Assembly: GCA_963810935.1 (NCBI GenBank)
Contig: CAWEPK010000009.1
Coordinates: forward strand, 224,001 to 288,000
From: an uncultured delta proteobacterium
GTDB lineage: Bacteria; Desulfobacterota; Syntrophorhabdia; Syntrophorhabdales; WCHB1-27
DNA: 64,000 bases
Direction of reading: 5' to 3'
Part shown: positions 42,535-52,389 of the stretch, in pieces
Layout: every line of letters begins with the position of its first letter
Numbering within the stretch: position 1 is the stretch's first letter
Notes under the pieces: model-generated
Seen by the model: only the letters and a program-made list of their open reading frames with translations
Told to the model about the DNA's origin: nothing
Databases searched by the model: none
Position numbers and translations under genes: made by a program

Positions 42535-43805
42535 CGGGCCTGTGCGACCGTTGCATGGCATGCAGCGAGGCAAGCGACGAAGGCATGCTCTATGACCTCG
42601 CCCACATGGACGACCGTTCCGTCTCGAACCTGGTCAATGAGTGCCAGCAGGGCGCCAACGGGCTGCAGGAGAAGGCCCGCAGCAATGCAAGGAAGCGCCT
42701 CGAAGAGAGCCGCGACGCAATGCAGTCGAAGAAGGGGGAGCTCCGCGACCTCAAGGAAGGGTTTTCATACAAGCTCCTCGAACAACTGGCCGGCGGCGCA
42801 GACGTGGACGAGCTTCTCGCGCAGTACCTCAATGACGAATACCGGAAGCGCCTGGAAGAAGAGGTTGCGATGCTCGACCGCACGGAAGAGGCCATACAGC
42901 CGGAAGACGTCGAAAACAGCCTAAAGGAATACGTCGAAAAAGATCTGGTCGAGATAGGTGAGGACGGCGTAAAGATAACACCCAGGGGCTCCAACAAGCT
43001 CGCCCGGTACGTCCTGCGCCGCATCTGGGAAAACCTGGCCGCAGCCCACCCCGGCTCAAACGCCACTAAAGAAGAAGGCTTCGGAATGAGCGACGGCTTC
43101 CGTATCAGGAAGTACGAGTTCGGCGACGAGTTTTTCAAGATCGACATGGAGACTACTCTTTTGTCCGCCCTGGAGTCAGGAAAAAAACGGGATGGGCGCA
43201 TCGAGTTCGACCAGGACGACCTTTCCGTCAGGGAGACGATCGTCGATACGAAGCTGTGCGTAGGTTTGATTATCGACGAGAGCGGCAGCATGAGCGGCGA
43301 CAAGATGCACGCTGCGATGGACATATCCTTGGCCCTCTCCGAGCTTATGCGGAGGAATTCGAGAGACAAGATAAGGCTTTTCCTTTTTTCCAACCAGGTG
43401 CGGGAGCTGGCGTACTGGGACATGCTCAACGTAACGTTCGCCGGTGGCACAACGGACATCAGGCGGGCGATGCGCAGGTTCAGGACGGCCACTGCGGGGG
43501 AGACCGGTGAAAAGCAGGTCTATCTCATAACCGACAGCGAGCCGAACTGCGAGGACGGGAAGTATATAGGCTTCGAGAAGGCAACGCTCGGCGTCCTCCA
43601 GGAAGCGATCATTTACCAGAAAGAGGGCATCACCCTCAACATAATAATGCTCGACAATACCCCCCACCTGCGGGAGTTTGCCTCGGTCCTTGCCAGGCGC
43701 AATCTCGGAAGGGTCTTCTTCGCAGAGCCCAAGGAGCTCGGCAAGGTTGTCATGGAGGATTACCTTCGGACCAGAAAGAGGCAGCGCTTAAGGAAGGCGG
43801 TATAA
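42507..43805 (+). CDS. von Willebrand factor A domain protein
   Basis: MIDAS DESGSM..GTTD..LITD; RKYEFGD..IDMETTL; N-terminal CxxCxxC. TTG start inferred from AGGAG. Confidence 0.85.
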   Translation: MGPKGNLEIAGLCDRCMACSEASDEGMLYDLAHMDDRSVSNLVNECQQGANGLQEKARSNARKRLEESRDAMQSKKGELRDLKEGFSYKLLEQLAGGADVDELLAQYLNDEYRKRLEEEVAMLDRTEEAIQPEDVENSLKEYVEKDLVEIGEDGVKITPRGSNKLARYVLRRIWENLAAAHPGSNATKEEGFGMSDGFRIRKYEFGDEFFKIDMETTLLSALESGKKRDGRIEFDQDDLSVRETIVDTKLCVGLIIDESGSMSGDKMHAAMDISLALSELMRRNSRDKIRLFLFSNQVRELAYWDMLNVTFAGGTTDIRRAMRRFRTATAGETGEKQVYLITDSEPNCEDGKYIGFEKATLGVLQEAIIYQKEGITLNIIMLDNTPHLREFASVLARRNLGRVFFAEPKELGKVVMEDYLRTRKRQRLRKAV

Positions 43806-43819
43806 CTTCCGGCGTTGAC

Positions 43820-44413
43820 TCACCTTCCCCTATGCAGCACCCTGTTTTCTTTCCCTGCCAGAAGCCGCCTGATATTCTCCCTGTGCTTCACGGTTATCAT
43901 CACTGCCATCACAGCGCATACCGAGATATAGCTTACAGGCGCGCCCAGCGCCGCCAGCACGAACGGCATAAGCACCGCACCGCAAATGGAGCCTAGGGAG
44001 ACATAGCCGCCCACGAGGAAGATGACGAGGAAGACGACGAACACTATAAGCACTGCAAGAGGTCCGAGTGCGAGGAAGACGCCCAGCGCAGTCGCAACGC
44101 CCTTGCCGCCTTTGAACTTGAGGTACAGCGGGAACAGGTGGCCCGCGAAAGCCGCAAGCCCCGCTGCCGCAACCGCCACTTCCGGCTGCCCCGATTTTAT
44201 CGCAAGCCATACGGGAATAAACCCTTTAAGCACATCGCACAGGAGGGTGACTATGCCTGTCGTCCTGCCTGCGGCGCGCATGACGTTCGTCGCCCCTATG
44301 TTGCCGCTGCCGACCTTCCTGGGGTCTGCGCCCTTTCCCTTTGCGAGGAGCAGGCCCACTGGCACCGAGCCGAGCAGGTACGAGCCTATCACCCATAGAA
44401 CCGACAGCGCCAT
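43820..44413 (-). CDS. plsY: Glycerol-3-phosphate acyltransferase
   Basis: YLLGSVP, GSGNIGATN, FKGGKGVAT and HRENIRRL. Confidence 0.96.
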   Translation of the reverse strand: MALSVLWVIGSYLLGSVPVGLLLAKGKGADPRKVGSGNIGATNVMRAAGRTTGIVTLLCDVLKGFIPVWLAIKSGQPEVAVAAAGLAAFAGHLFPLYLKFKGGKGVATALGVFLALGPLAVLIVFVVFLVIFLVGGYVSLGSICGAVLMPFVLAALGAPVSYISVCAVMAVMITVKHRENIRRLLAGKENRVLHRGR

Positions 44414-44425
44414 CTGACTCTCCCT

Positions 44426-44659
44426 CTACGACCGCCTGTATAGCTCGTTCAACAGCCTTTTGAAGCGCGGCGCGTAGACTATGTCGAAAGTCTCCTCTTT
44501 TTCGGGAAAGAGGCCTAAGGCAAAGCGCTTCACGCTTTCCACGACCAGCATCGCCTCGTCATGCGAAAGCTGCTGGGTCCTGATGTACTCCAGGCTGAAA
44601 TCGACCATGAAGCGCAGCCGCCTTACCTTTTTATTCTCCTCGCGCAGGTCGTCGTCCAT
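44426..44659 (-). CDS. Conserved hypothetical small protein in the lspA-plsY operon
   Basis: Compact ORF (RRLRFMVD..LFPEKEETFDIVYAPRFKRL) tightly spaced between lspA and plsY. Confidence 0.7.
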   Translation of the reverse strand: MDDDLREENKKVRRLRFMVDFSLEYIRTQQLSHDEAMLVVESVKRFALGLFPEKEETFDIVYAPRFKRLLNELYRRS

Positions 44660-44662
44660 GTC

Positions 44663-45157
44663 TTATCGCCCCTGCTTATGCTGCCTGTCCTTGCGCAGGC
44701 CCTCACCCGTAAAAAGCTGCGCAAATATCCATAACCCGATGCCGAAAGTAATCGACATGTCGGCCACGTTGAAGGCAGGCCAGTAATAAGTCTTGTAAGA
44801 CACGAGTATGAAATCGACCACGGAGCCGTAAGCAAACCGGTCGTACATGTTGCCGGTGGCCCCGGAGAGCACGAAGGTAAGGGACAGCCTCGTCCAGATG
44901 GGGAGCCTGCGCATAACGAGATAATATGCCAGTCCCGCGATGATCGCCAGGGGGATCAGGAGGAATATATAACGGCCCGCATCGCTTTGCGACAGCATCC
45001 CGAAGAGGCCGCCCTTGTTATGCCAGTGGACTATCGACAGCCAGGAGGTAACGTGCAGGCTGTCCCCCATGGGAAGCCCGTCCTGCACCAGAAACTTGGT
45101 CCACCTGTCCAGAACGAAGACGGGCGGGATTATGAAGAGGTGAGCGTATCTCTGCAT
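44663..45157 (-). CDS. lspA: Lipoprotein signal peptidase II
   Basis: LDRWTK, NKGGLFG, GATGNMYDR, VVDFI and WPAFNVAD. Confidence 0.95.
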   Translation of the reverse strand: MQRYAHLFIIPPVFVLDRWTKFLVQDGLPMGDSLHVTSWLSIVHWHNKGGLFGMLSQSDAGRYIFLLIPLAIIAGLAYYLVMRRLPIWTRLSLTFVLSGATGNMYDRFAYGSVVDFILVSYKTYYWPAFNVADMSITFGIGLWIFAQLFTGEGLRKDRQHKQGR

Positions 45158-47880
45158 CGGCCGCAGATATTCGGATGAGCCCCGGTTGTCTCAACGTCGG
45201 TCGCGTACTGCCAGCACCGCTCGCACTTCAGGCCGTCAGCCCTCAACACCTCGACTGACAGCTCTTCAGCCCTGGTAAGCTCAACCTGTGAGACGATGAG
45301 CACCTCTTTCATCTCATCTCCCAGTTTTGTAAGTATCCCGTACTCGCGCTCGGGTGCGGCCAGCAGCACCTTCGCGTCGAGGGGGTGGCCTATGACCTTC
45401 TGGGTGCGCTTCTCCTCGATCTTCTTGTTGACCGCCTCCCTTATGCCCCAGACCGCATCCCATTCCGCCTCCAGGTCCGCATCGACGAGGCCGGCGTCCG
45501 CCACGGGCATGGACGCCATATGGACCGATTCCTCTGCGACAAGGGGCCGCATGTACGACCACATCTCTTCCGTCGTGAAAGAAAGGATAGGGGCGGCAAG
45601 CCGGAGGAGGGAAACGAGGCTCTCGAACACGACCGTCTGCGACGCCCGGCGCTTCACGGAATCCTTTCCCCCGACGTACAGCCTGTCCTTGATGATGTCG
45701 AGGTAGAGGGCGGAGAGATCGACCGTGCAGAAATTCTGGATGCTGTGGTAGATCGAATGAAAAGCATACGTCTCGTAGGCGCTGCGCACCCTCTCGATCA
45801 GCCCCTGGAGCCTTGAAAGCAGCCACTTGTCGATCGAAGAGAGCTGCCCGTAGGGCACCGTATTTTTCGCGGGGTCGAAATCCTCCGCGATGTTCGCGTG
45901 GAGGTACCTGAAGGTGTTCCTTATCCGCCTGTACGTCTCTATGATACGGTCGACGATCTCCTTCGAGATCCTGATGTCGTCCCTGTAATCCTCGTAGGTC
46001 ACCCAGAGGCGCAGTATCTCCGCGCCGTACTTGTCGATAATCTCCGAAGGCGCAATCACGTTGCCATCGGTCTTCGACATCTTCCTGCCCTTGCCGTCGA
46101 CTACGAAGCCGTGCGTGAGCACCGAGCGGTACGGGGCGGTCCCGTCGTTGCCGACCGATACCAGAAGCGAGCTGTGGAACCAGCCGCGGTGCTGGTCGCT
46201 CCCTTCCAGGTACATATCGGAGGGGAACTTCAGCTCCGGCCGCTTCTTGAGGACTGCCGCGAAGCTGGAGCCGGAGTCGAACCAGACGTCGAGGATATCC
46301 TCTTCTTTGACAAAGGTGCGGTTCCCGCAGGCGCAGGCAGCGTCTTCCGGCAGGAAATAGGCCGCGTCTTTCGCAAACCATATGTCGGCCCCGTGTATAG
46401 CCGTCTCCGCGATGACCTTGTCGAAGGTCTCCCTGCTCCAGTAAGGCTCCCTGCACGCCTCGCAGTAGAAGATGGTGATAGGCACGCCCCACGTCCTCTG
46501 GCGCGAGATGCACCAGTCGGGCCGGACGCTCAGCATATTATAGATGCGCTCCTTGCCCCACGCGGGGATCCATTCGACGGTATCTATCGCTGCAAGGGCG
46601 TTCTTACGGAGGTCGTTCGCCTCCATCGAGACGAACCACTGCTCGGTCGCCCTGAATATGACCGGCCGCTTGCACCTCCAGCAGTGCGGGTAGGAGTGCT
46701 CTATCGGCTCCGAGAAGAGAAGTACCCCCATCTCCTTCAGCTTTTCGATAATGATGGCGTTCGCGTCGAAGACGTTCAGCCCGCCGAAGTACGGGATGTC
46801 CTTGCTGAGCATCCCTTTTTCGTCAACGGGTGAATAAACGTCCAGCCCGTATTGGAGGCCCGTCACGTAGTCCTCTTCGCCGTGGCCGGGGGCCGTATGC
46901 ACCGCTCCCGTGCCTACGTCTTTCGTCACATAGTCGGCGAAAACGACGACCGACCTCCTGTCGATGAACGGGTGCCTGAAATTCAGGTCCTTGAGCGTCT
47001 CCGGCGACAGCTTGCCGATGATGCGCCACCCCGTTATCCCCGCCTTGCCCATGATCTCTTCGACAAGCTCACGGACTGCGATATAGATATCGCCTGAAGT
47101 CTCGACCGCAACGTAGGTAAAATCGGGGTTTATGGCAATGGCCAGGTTCGCGGGCAAAGTCCAGGGGGTCGTAGTCCATATGAGCATCGATATCGGCTTG
47201 TCCGGGTACCCGCTGAAAACATCCGTCCGGGAGGCGAGGGGGAACTTGACGCAGATGGAGGGCGACGTCTCCATGTCGTACTCGATTTCCGCCTCGGCGA
47301 GCGCGGTCCGGCAGTTGATGCACCAGTAGACGGGCTTCTTCTTACGATAGGCGTCGCCCCGTTCAAAGAACTTCGCCACCTCTCCAATGATCGTCGACTG
47401 GTAGCCGTAATCCATCGTGATATACGGATGGTCCCAGTCGCCTATGCCGCCCAGCCGCTTGAACTCCTCCCGCTGAATGTCGAGGAAGCGCGCCGCGTAT
47501 TCCCGGCAGTACGCCCTGATTTCCATTTTTGTCATGGCCGTCTGCCTGGCCTTCATCTCTTTCTCCGCCTGATGCTCTATGGGCAGGCCGTGGCAGTCCC
47601 AGCCGGGCACGTAATCGGAACGCATACCGCTCATGAATTTGGACTTTATGATAATGTCCTTCAGGATTTTGTTGAGCGCGGTCCCCAGGTGGATGTTGCC
47701 GTTCGCGTAAGGAGGGCCGTCGTGCAGGATGAACTTGGGCGCATCGATGCGCTGCTTTATCAGCTTCCCGTAAAGGTCGATCTGTTTCCAGAACTCGAGT
47801 ATCTGCTGCTCCTTTACAGGCAGGTTGCCCCTCATGGGAAAAGACGTCTTCGGGAGATTTAGGGTTGATTTATAGTCCAT
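45130..47880 (-). CDS. ileS: Isoleucyl-tRNA synthetase (type 1)
   Basis: HDGPPYANG.IHLG, GWDCHGLPIE, WTTTPWTLP, EGSDQHRGWF, KMSKT and C-terminal CERC..C.RC. Confidence 0.98.
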   Translation of the reverse strand: MDYKSTLNLPKTSFPMRGNLPVKEQQILEFWKQIDLYGKLIKQRIDAPKFILHDGPPYANGNIHLGTALNKILKDIIIKSKFMSGMRSDYVPGWDCHGLPIEHQAEKEMKARQTAMTKMEIRAYCREYAARFLDIQREEFKRLGGIGDWDHPYITMDYGYQSTIIGEVAKFFERGDAYRKKKPVYWCINCRTALAEAEIEYDMETSPSICVKFPLASRTDVFSGYPDKPISMLIWTTTPWTLPANLAIAINPDFTYVAVETSGDIYIAVRELVEEIMGKAGITGWRIIGKLSPETLKDLNFRHPFIDRRSVVVFADYVTKDVGTGAVHTAPGHGEEDYVTGLQYGLDVYSPVDEKGMLSKDIPYFGGLNVFDANAIIIEKLKEMGVLLFSEPIEHSYPHCWRCKRPVIFRATEQWFVSMEANDLRKNALAAIDTVEWIPAWGKERIYNMLSVRPDWCISRQRTWGVPITIFYCEACREPYWSRETFDKVIAETAIHGADIWFAKDAAYFLPEDAACACGNRTFVKEEDILDVWFDSGSSFAAVLKKRPELKFPSDMYLEGSDQHRGWFHSSLLVSVGNDGTAPYRSVLTHGFVVDGKGRKMSKTDGNVIAPSEIIDKYGAEILRLWVTYEDYRDDIRISKEIVDRIIETYRRIRNTFRYLHANIAEDFDPAKNTVPYGQLSSIDKWLLSRLQGLIERVRSAYETYAFHSIYHSIQNFCTVDLSALYLDIIKDRLYVGGKDSVKRRASQTVVFESLVSLLRLAAPILSFTTEEMWSYMRPLVAEESVHMASMPVADAGLVDADLEAEWDAVWGIREAVNKKIEEKRTQKVIGHPLDAKVLLAAPEREYGILTKLGDEMKEVLIVSQVELTRAEELSVEVLRADGLKCERCWQYATDVETTGAHPNICGRCRDTLTSS

Positions 47881-49603
47881 CCTCTGTCCTTTCGTTGAAC
47901 CAGTCCGGGTTCACATCGTCGAAAAGGTCGTCCTCCTTCTCGATCGCTGCAAGCGCCTCTTTATCCGCGTTTGCCGCAACACCCGACTTTTGTATGCGGC
48001 CGAGCATGTCGTAAAGCGCCTTCCAGGCATCGCAATGGCCGAGGAACCTCGATTCCCCGTAGTCGCCCGCCGTATGTGTGGAGACGAGGAACGGCCAGTC
48101 GGACGACTCGGCGAGGAAAAGCTCCCTGGCCATCTGCCTGAGCAGCCGCCCCGTGATGCCGTTGCTGCCGGCCGTTTCCACCGCGCGCGCCATGCCCCGC
48201 TCGGCCTCGTAAAGACGCTGCCACATCCAGGCTGTCTCCTTGTTATACCAGAGAAGGTGGCGGCCGCCTTCACCCCAGGACCCTTCAGGAAGACTGACGG
48301 CGCCTCGAGGATCGACGCTTTTCAGGGCCGTCGAGGCCCTTTCTATTGTAACATAATTCGGGTCCAAAGCAGAAACGAGTGCGCCGAGCCAGCTTACACC
48401 CTCGAACCACCAATGACCGAACAGTTCTGCATCGAACAGCAGCGTGAGCACCCCGGTCCTGCCCGTTTCCTTCCGGTAGTCCGAGAGCCTCTCTTCGATA
48501 AGCCGGGCAAAGTGGTGCGCATGCTCCTCGACCCTCGCCGCCGCCTGCTCCGGCTCGTAGACCATTTTATCGCCGAGCCCGGTTTGCCTGTCCGTGACGC
48601 GCCAGTAGCGCAGGCCGCCGGGGTCCCGCTTCTTGTGGAACTCAAGGTACCAGGGGTCGCCCGGGTAGCCGTCGCTGCCCCATACCTGTCTGCTCGTATC
48701 GGTATCGCGCGATAAGAAGGCAACTTGAGCACCGGGACCCGCAGTCTTGTATATGCCGTAAATGTCGAAGTCTTTATCGCCCCGGCTCCCCGCTGTCCGG
48801 CCGGCGCGAAGAGGGGCCGCATTGTAGTACCCGCCCCGGTACGCGCCTTCGACGGGCGGAGGCATAAGATCGGCAGCGAAGGAACTTGCCGCAGGACCGG
48901 CCTGCCCTGCGGCCTGCCGGCCGTCCACGAAAAAATACCTGATGCCGTGGGCGGCCAGGAAATCCTCTATGCCGCGCCTCGCGGGCGCGCAGGACCGGCC
49001 AAAGGATGCGGGTCCGGCCGGGCGGTAGGCGCACTCGGGAAGCCACATCCCCGCCGGCTCCCTGCCGAAATACCGTCGGTACGCCGCCACCCCCTGGTTG
49101 ACCTGGGCGTCAATCGACGAGTCGAGAGACAGGAGCGGCAGGTAGGCGTGCGTCGCCGGGGAGGCGACGATCTCCACCTGCCCTTCTTCCTGCAAACGCC
49201 GATACGCGCCGGGCAGGTCGGATCCGTAGCGATTTCTGAAGTCGGCCAGGCACAATGCATAGAAGCGCTCCCAGCCCTCCGCAAGGGCTGCGAGCGCAGT
49301 TTCTCCCTTGGCCTCGAACGTCCGGCGGTCGATGTATGCGGCTTCCGCCTTCTCCTGCGCGTACTCCCCGAAGGCCGACCGGAACGACGGGGAAGCCAGC
49401 ATCTCGCAGAGCACCGGGGTCATATTAATGGTGAAACGGGCCGCCTTTCCTCGCATCGACAGCCGGTCGAGCAGGTTGGCCAGCGGTATGTAGCACTCGC
49501 ACGCCGCCTCACAGAGCCAGTCCGTGCCGTACGGCCACTTGCCGTGGGAGAGCACGTACGGCAGGTGCGCGTGGAGCACCAAGACAACGTATCCTTCCGG
49601 CAT
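47870..49603 (-). CDS. GH57 1,4-alpha-glucan branching enzyme (DUF1957)
   Basis: HAHLPYV, WLPECAY, YLEFHKK, FDAELFGHWWFEG and ESSDWPF. Confidence 0.9.
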   Translation of the reverse strand: MPEGYVVLVLHAHLPYVLSHGKWPYGTDWLCEAACECYIPLANLLDRLSMRGKAARFTINMTPVLCEMLASPSFRSAFGEYAQEKAEAAYIDRRTFEAKGETALAALAEGWERFYALCLADFRNRYGSDLPGAYRRLQEEGQVEIVASPATHAYLPLLSLDSSIDAQVNQGVAAYRRYFGREPAGMWLPECAYRPAGPASFGRSCAPARRGIEDFLAAHGIRYFFVDGRQAAGQAGPAASSFAADLMPPPVEGAYRGGYYNAAPLRAGRTAGSRGDKDFDIYGIYKTAGPGAQVAFLSRDTDTSRQVWGSDGYPGDPWYLEFHKKRDPGGLRYWRVTDRQTGLGDKMVYEPEQAAARVEEHAHHFARLIEERLSDYRKETGRTGVLTLLFDAELFGHWWFEGVSWLGALVSALDPNYVTIERASTALKSVDPRGAVSLPEGSWGEGGRHLLWYNKETAWMWQRLYEAERGMARAVETAGSNGITGRLLRQMARELFLAESSDWPFLVSTHTAGDYGESRFLGHCDAWKALYDMLGRIQKSGVAANADKEALAAIEKEDDLFDDVNPDWFNERTEDGL

Positions 49604-49889
49604 AATTGTCCCTATCCTTGCGAGATTTCAGTAACAGTAGCACAAAGCGGCGGAACCGCGCAAGGCAAATGGACATGCCCCGCCTCGCTTGCGCCGGGCG
49701 GCTTGAACAGGCATTGCAACGCTTATTCTGAAAATAAACGAACCTGCTTTCTTAGCAGGTAATAAAGCGAGCGTATGCGAAGCGCCGAGCGGGGAAGATA
49801 GTGGCGTCGATTCTCCTCGCAGTCGTAGCCGCCGGCCTTATCGCAGGCATCCTTTAGGGTCTTAGAAGCACCCTTCCGTCCCGGACGCC

Positions 49890-49905
49890 TCGACAAATAT
49901 GTCGA
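49890..49905. promoter_or_regulatory. Candidate enhancer (UAS) palindrome for the sigma54 activator
   Basis: TCGACA-AATA-TGTCGA, ~100 bp upstream of the -24 element. Confidence 0.5.
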
Positions 49906-50005
49906 AATGTTCTATACTCTCGCTGACTTGTCTACCCGTGCTTGATGACCTGAATCGTTGCGGCAGTAAGATAGAAGGGTAGAAATGAGTCGGGGTGAGG
50001 CTATC

Positions 50006-50021
50006 TGGCACCAGTATTGCT
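50006..50021 (+). promoter_or_regulatory. sigma54 (-24/-12) promoter
   Basis: TGGCAC-CAGTA-TTGCT, a consensus match 25 nt before ATG 50047. Confidence 0.88.
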
Positions 50022-50046
50022 ATCGGAATGTAAGGAGGAGTCTGCC

Positions 50047-50358
50047 ATGAGAAAGATCGGGTTACTCGTGTTCGTAATCCTTCCCCTGGCGGTCTGCCTC
50101 CTTTTGCCGATTGAGTGCGGCGCGCAAGGGGAGGCGCCGGCAGGCCCGGCCGCCGGACAGGCGGCGAACCCGACCTCCCGGAGCGGGGCCGGACAGGTAG
50201 GCGGCGAGACGAACGTGAGTACGCCGCAAGGTCCGGCCACGGCAGAGCGTTATAGACAGCCTGTTCCGAATGCCGTCTCCGGCAGATTTTCCGTTCAGCC
50301 GGGCGGGTGGTTAAAAATCGATGTCTCCGAACAGAACCGGTCGGCGGTGAAGCCGTAG
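50047..50358 (+). CDS. Small exported hypothetical protein
   Basis: AAGGAGG RBS, signal-peptide-like N-terminus, low-complexity body. Confidence 0.65.
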   Translation: MRKIGLLVFVILPLAVCLLLPIECGAQGEAPAGPAAGQAANPTSRSGAGQVGGETNVSTPQGPATAERYRQPVPNAVSGRFSVQPGGWLKIDVSEQNRSAVKP

Positions 50359-50380
50359 GCCGGCCCATAGAGAGAAGAGA

Positions 50381-50845
50381 GTGACCCGCCTTTCGATCAC
50401 GCCCCTCTTATCAGTCCTGTTAATTATTCTCATGGGCGCCCCGTCCCTTCTTGCCCAACAGTCCTATGGCGAGTTCGAGAGGGGCATGAACCTGACGGAC
50501 ACGCAAAGAACCCAGGTCGACGGCATCAAGAGAAAATACATGGATGAATGGAGGTCCCTCAACGACGAATCGGCGCGGAAGCGGCTGGAGCTGCGGGAGA
50601 TGGACCCCAACCGTCCCGACCAGAGGGAGAAGGCAGAAAAGCTCCACAGGGACCTGGATCGGATAGAGACGTCCAGGCAGCGCCTTTTCGGCCGGTACCG
50701 CGGCGAGATGTCCGGGGTGCTGACCAGCGAGCAGAGAGGACGTTTCAACCGGTTCACGGCTCAGGAGAACAGGAAAGCCGTAGGGCCGCCGATCAGGTCC
50801 GCACCTCTGGCACCGGGAGCGAGGTACCGGTCATATGGCAGATAG
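50381..50845 (+). CDS. Spy/CpxP/ZraP-family periplasmic protein
   Basis: Signal peptide and two LTxxQ motifs (LTDTQ, LTSEQ). Confidence 0.8.
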   Translation: MTRLSITPLLSVLLIILMGAPSLLAQQSYGEFERGMNLTDTQRTQVDGIKRKYMDEWRSLNDESARKRLELREMDPNRPDQREKAEKLHRDLDRIETSRQRLFGRYRGEMSGVLTSEQRGRFNRFTAQENRKAVGPPIRSAPLAPGARYRSYGR

Positions 50846-52388
50846 GAAAGTAGTATTCCCACTTCTCCTTTTCGCCATATTCTTCGTGCTGATCGCCATT
50901 ACGGGTTTCTTCCAGATAGCCATCATTAAGAAGAACGTGGAGGGGCTGCTCATAGGCGAGGGCGAGACGCTTTTCCAGAGCATCGCCAGGGAGATCGAGA
51001 TAAATATGGAGTATCTGTTCCTCATCGAGAAATCACCCTCCATAATTACGCCCAATTTCCTGAATGTCATGACGTATGACGAGGCGATCGTGGATGACCT
51101 GTACAGCCAGGTGAGCAAGGCCAAAGGCCCGGACCCCCTGCCCACCCTGAAGAACGTCCTCGTCGCAGACACGAACGGCAAGCAGCTCCTGCGCAAGGGA
51201 GTAATACGGGTAGACGAGCGCGAGCTTAACCTGCTGCGAAAGAAAGACCGGCAGGTCATAGTCAGGATGCCGGGCGATACGCAGCGCACACTGTTCGTCG
51301 GCGTAGAGCTTGCCGACAGGTTCGTATTTTTCGACCTGACCACGAAGGAGCTCGACGAGCTGAGAAAGACTTACATAATGAAGACGATCCTCGAGAACGA
51401 GAAGAAACGGCTGAACATAGCCGAGATCAATGTATATGACGGTGACGGTAAGCTCTACTTCGGCTCGGGCAACAGGCCGAAAAACGTCTTCGCCATCTGC
51501 AAGTCCCTGGATTCGCATTATTTGCACAATTACTCGATGGAAATACTCATCTGGAACAAGCTCGCCGGGGACACAATAAGGAGGACGAGCACCAACTTCG
51601 TCATGCTCCTCTTTTTCCTCATGCTCGGCGGCGCCGGGGGCATCTATTTGATTTTCAGTCTGGAGCGGAAGAACGCGCAAAGGCTGTCCGATCTTGAGAG
51701 GGACATGGCGCGCCAGGACAGGCTGGTCTCGCTCGGCAGGCTCGCCTCCGGCATGGCCCACGAGATAAGGAACCCCCTGAACGCCATAGGCATCTCCATT
51801 CAGCGGCTGAAAAGGGAGTTCGTACCGGAAAACGACAAGAAGGAAGAATACGACTCTTTTTTGAGCATCGTGCGCTCGGAGCTTTTCAGGGTCAACCGGA
51901 TAGTCGAGAATTTCCTCCTTTCCACGAAGGCCGATATGCGGATGGAGCCGCACAGCCTGCGCACCCTCATCGAAGAAGTCCTCACGATCCTGCAGGAGAA
52001 GGCAAAGGGCGCCCGTGTCGATGTATCCAACGAAGTCGATGCCCGCGTCATAATCGATTGCCAGAAGGAGAGGCTGACCCAGGTTTTCTACAACCTCATC
52101 GTCAACGCCATCGAGGCGATGGCCGGTGGTGGCGCAATCTATATCTCCGACTCGTCCGACAACGCGCGCGTCCGCCTTTTCATAAGGGACACGGGGCCGG
52201 GCATCAAGAAAGACGATATATCCAAGATCTTCGAATATTACTACACGACCAAAGACAAGGGGATGGGCCTTGGCCTGCCTCTTTCCTACATGATAGTCAG
52301 GGACCACGGAGGAGACATACAGGTTTTGAGCGAGGAAAGCAGAGGGACGACATTCGTTATCGCCCTTCCGGCGAGAAAGGGGTCTTAA
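50835..52388 (+). CDS. Sensor histidine kinase (ZraS/NtrB-like)
   Basis: Two TMs; AHEIRNPL, NLIVNA, DTGPGI and GMGLGL. Confidence 0.93.
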   Translation: MADRKVVFPLLLFAIFFVLIAITGFFQIAIIKKNVEGLLIGEGETLFQSIAREIEINMEYLFLIEKSPSIITPNFLNVMTYDEAIVDDLYSQVSKAKGPDPLPTLKNVLVADTNGKQLLRKGVIRVDERELNLLRKKDRQVIVRMPGDTQRTLFVGVELADRFVFFDLTTKELDELRKTYIMKTILENEKKRLNIAEINVYDGDGKLYFGSGNRPKNVFAICKSLDSHYLHNYSMEILIWNKLAGDTIRRTSTNFVMLLFFLMLGGAGGIYLIFSLERKNAQRLSDLERDMARQDRLVSLGRLASGMAHEIRNPLNAIGISIQRLKREFVPENDKKEEYDSFLSIVRSELFRVNRIVENFLLSTKADMRMEPHSLRTLIEEVLTILQEKAKGARVDVSNEVDARVIIDCQKERLTQVFYNLIVNAIEAMAGGGAIYISDSSDNARVRLFIRDTGPGIKKDDISKIFEYYYTTKDKGMGLGLPLSYMIVRDHGGDIQVLSEESRGTTFVIALPARKGS

Positions 52389-52389
52389 A

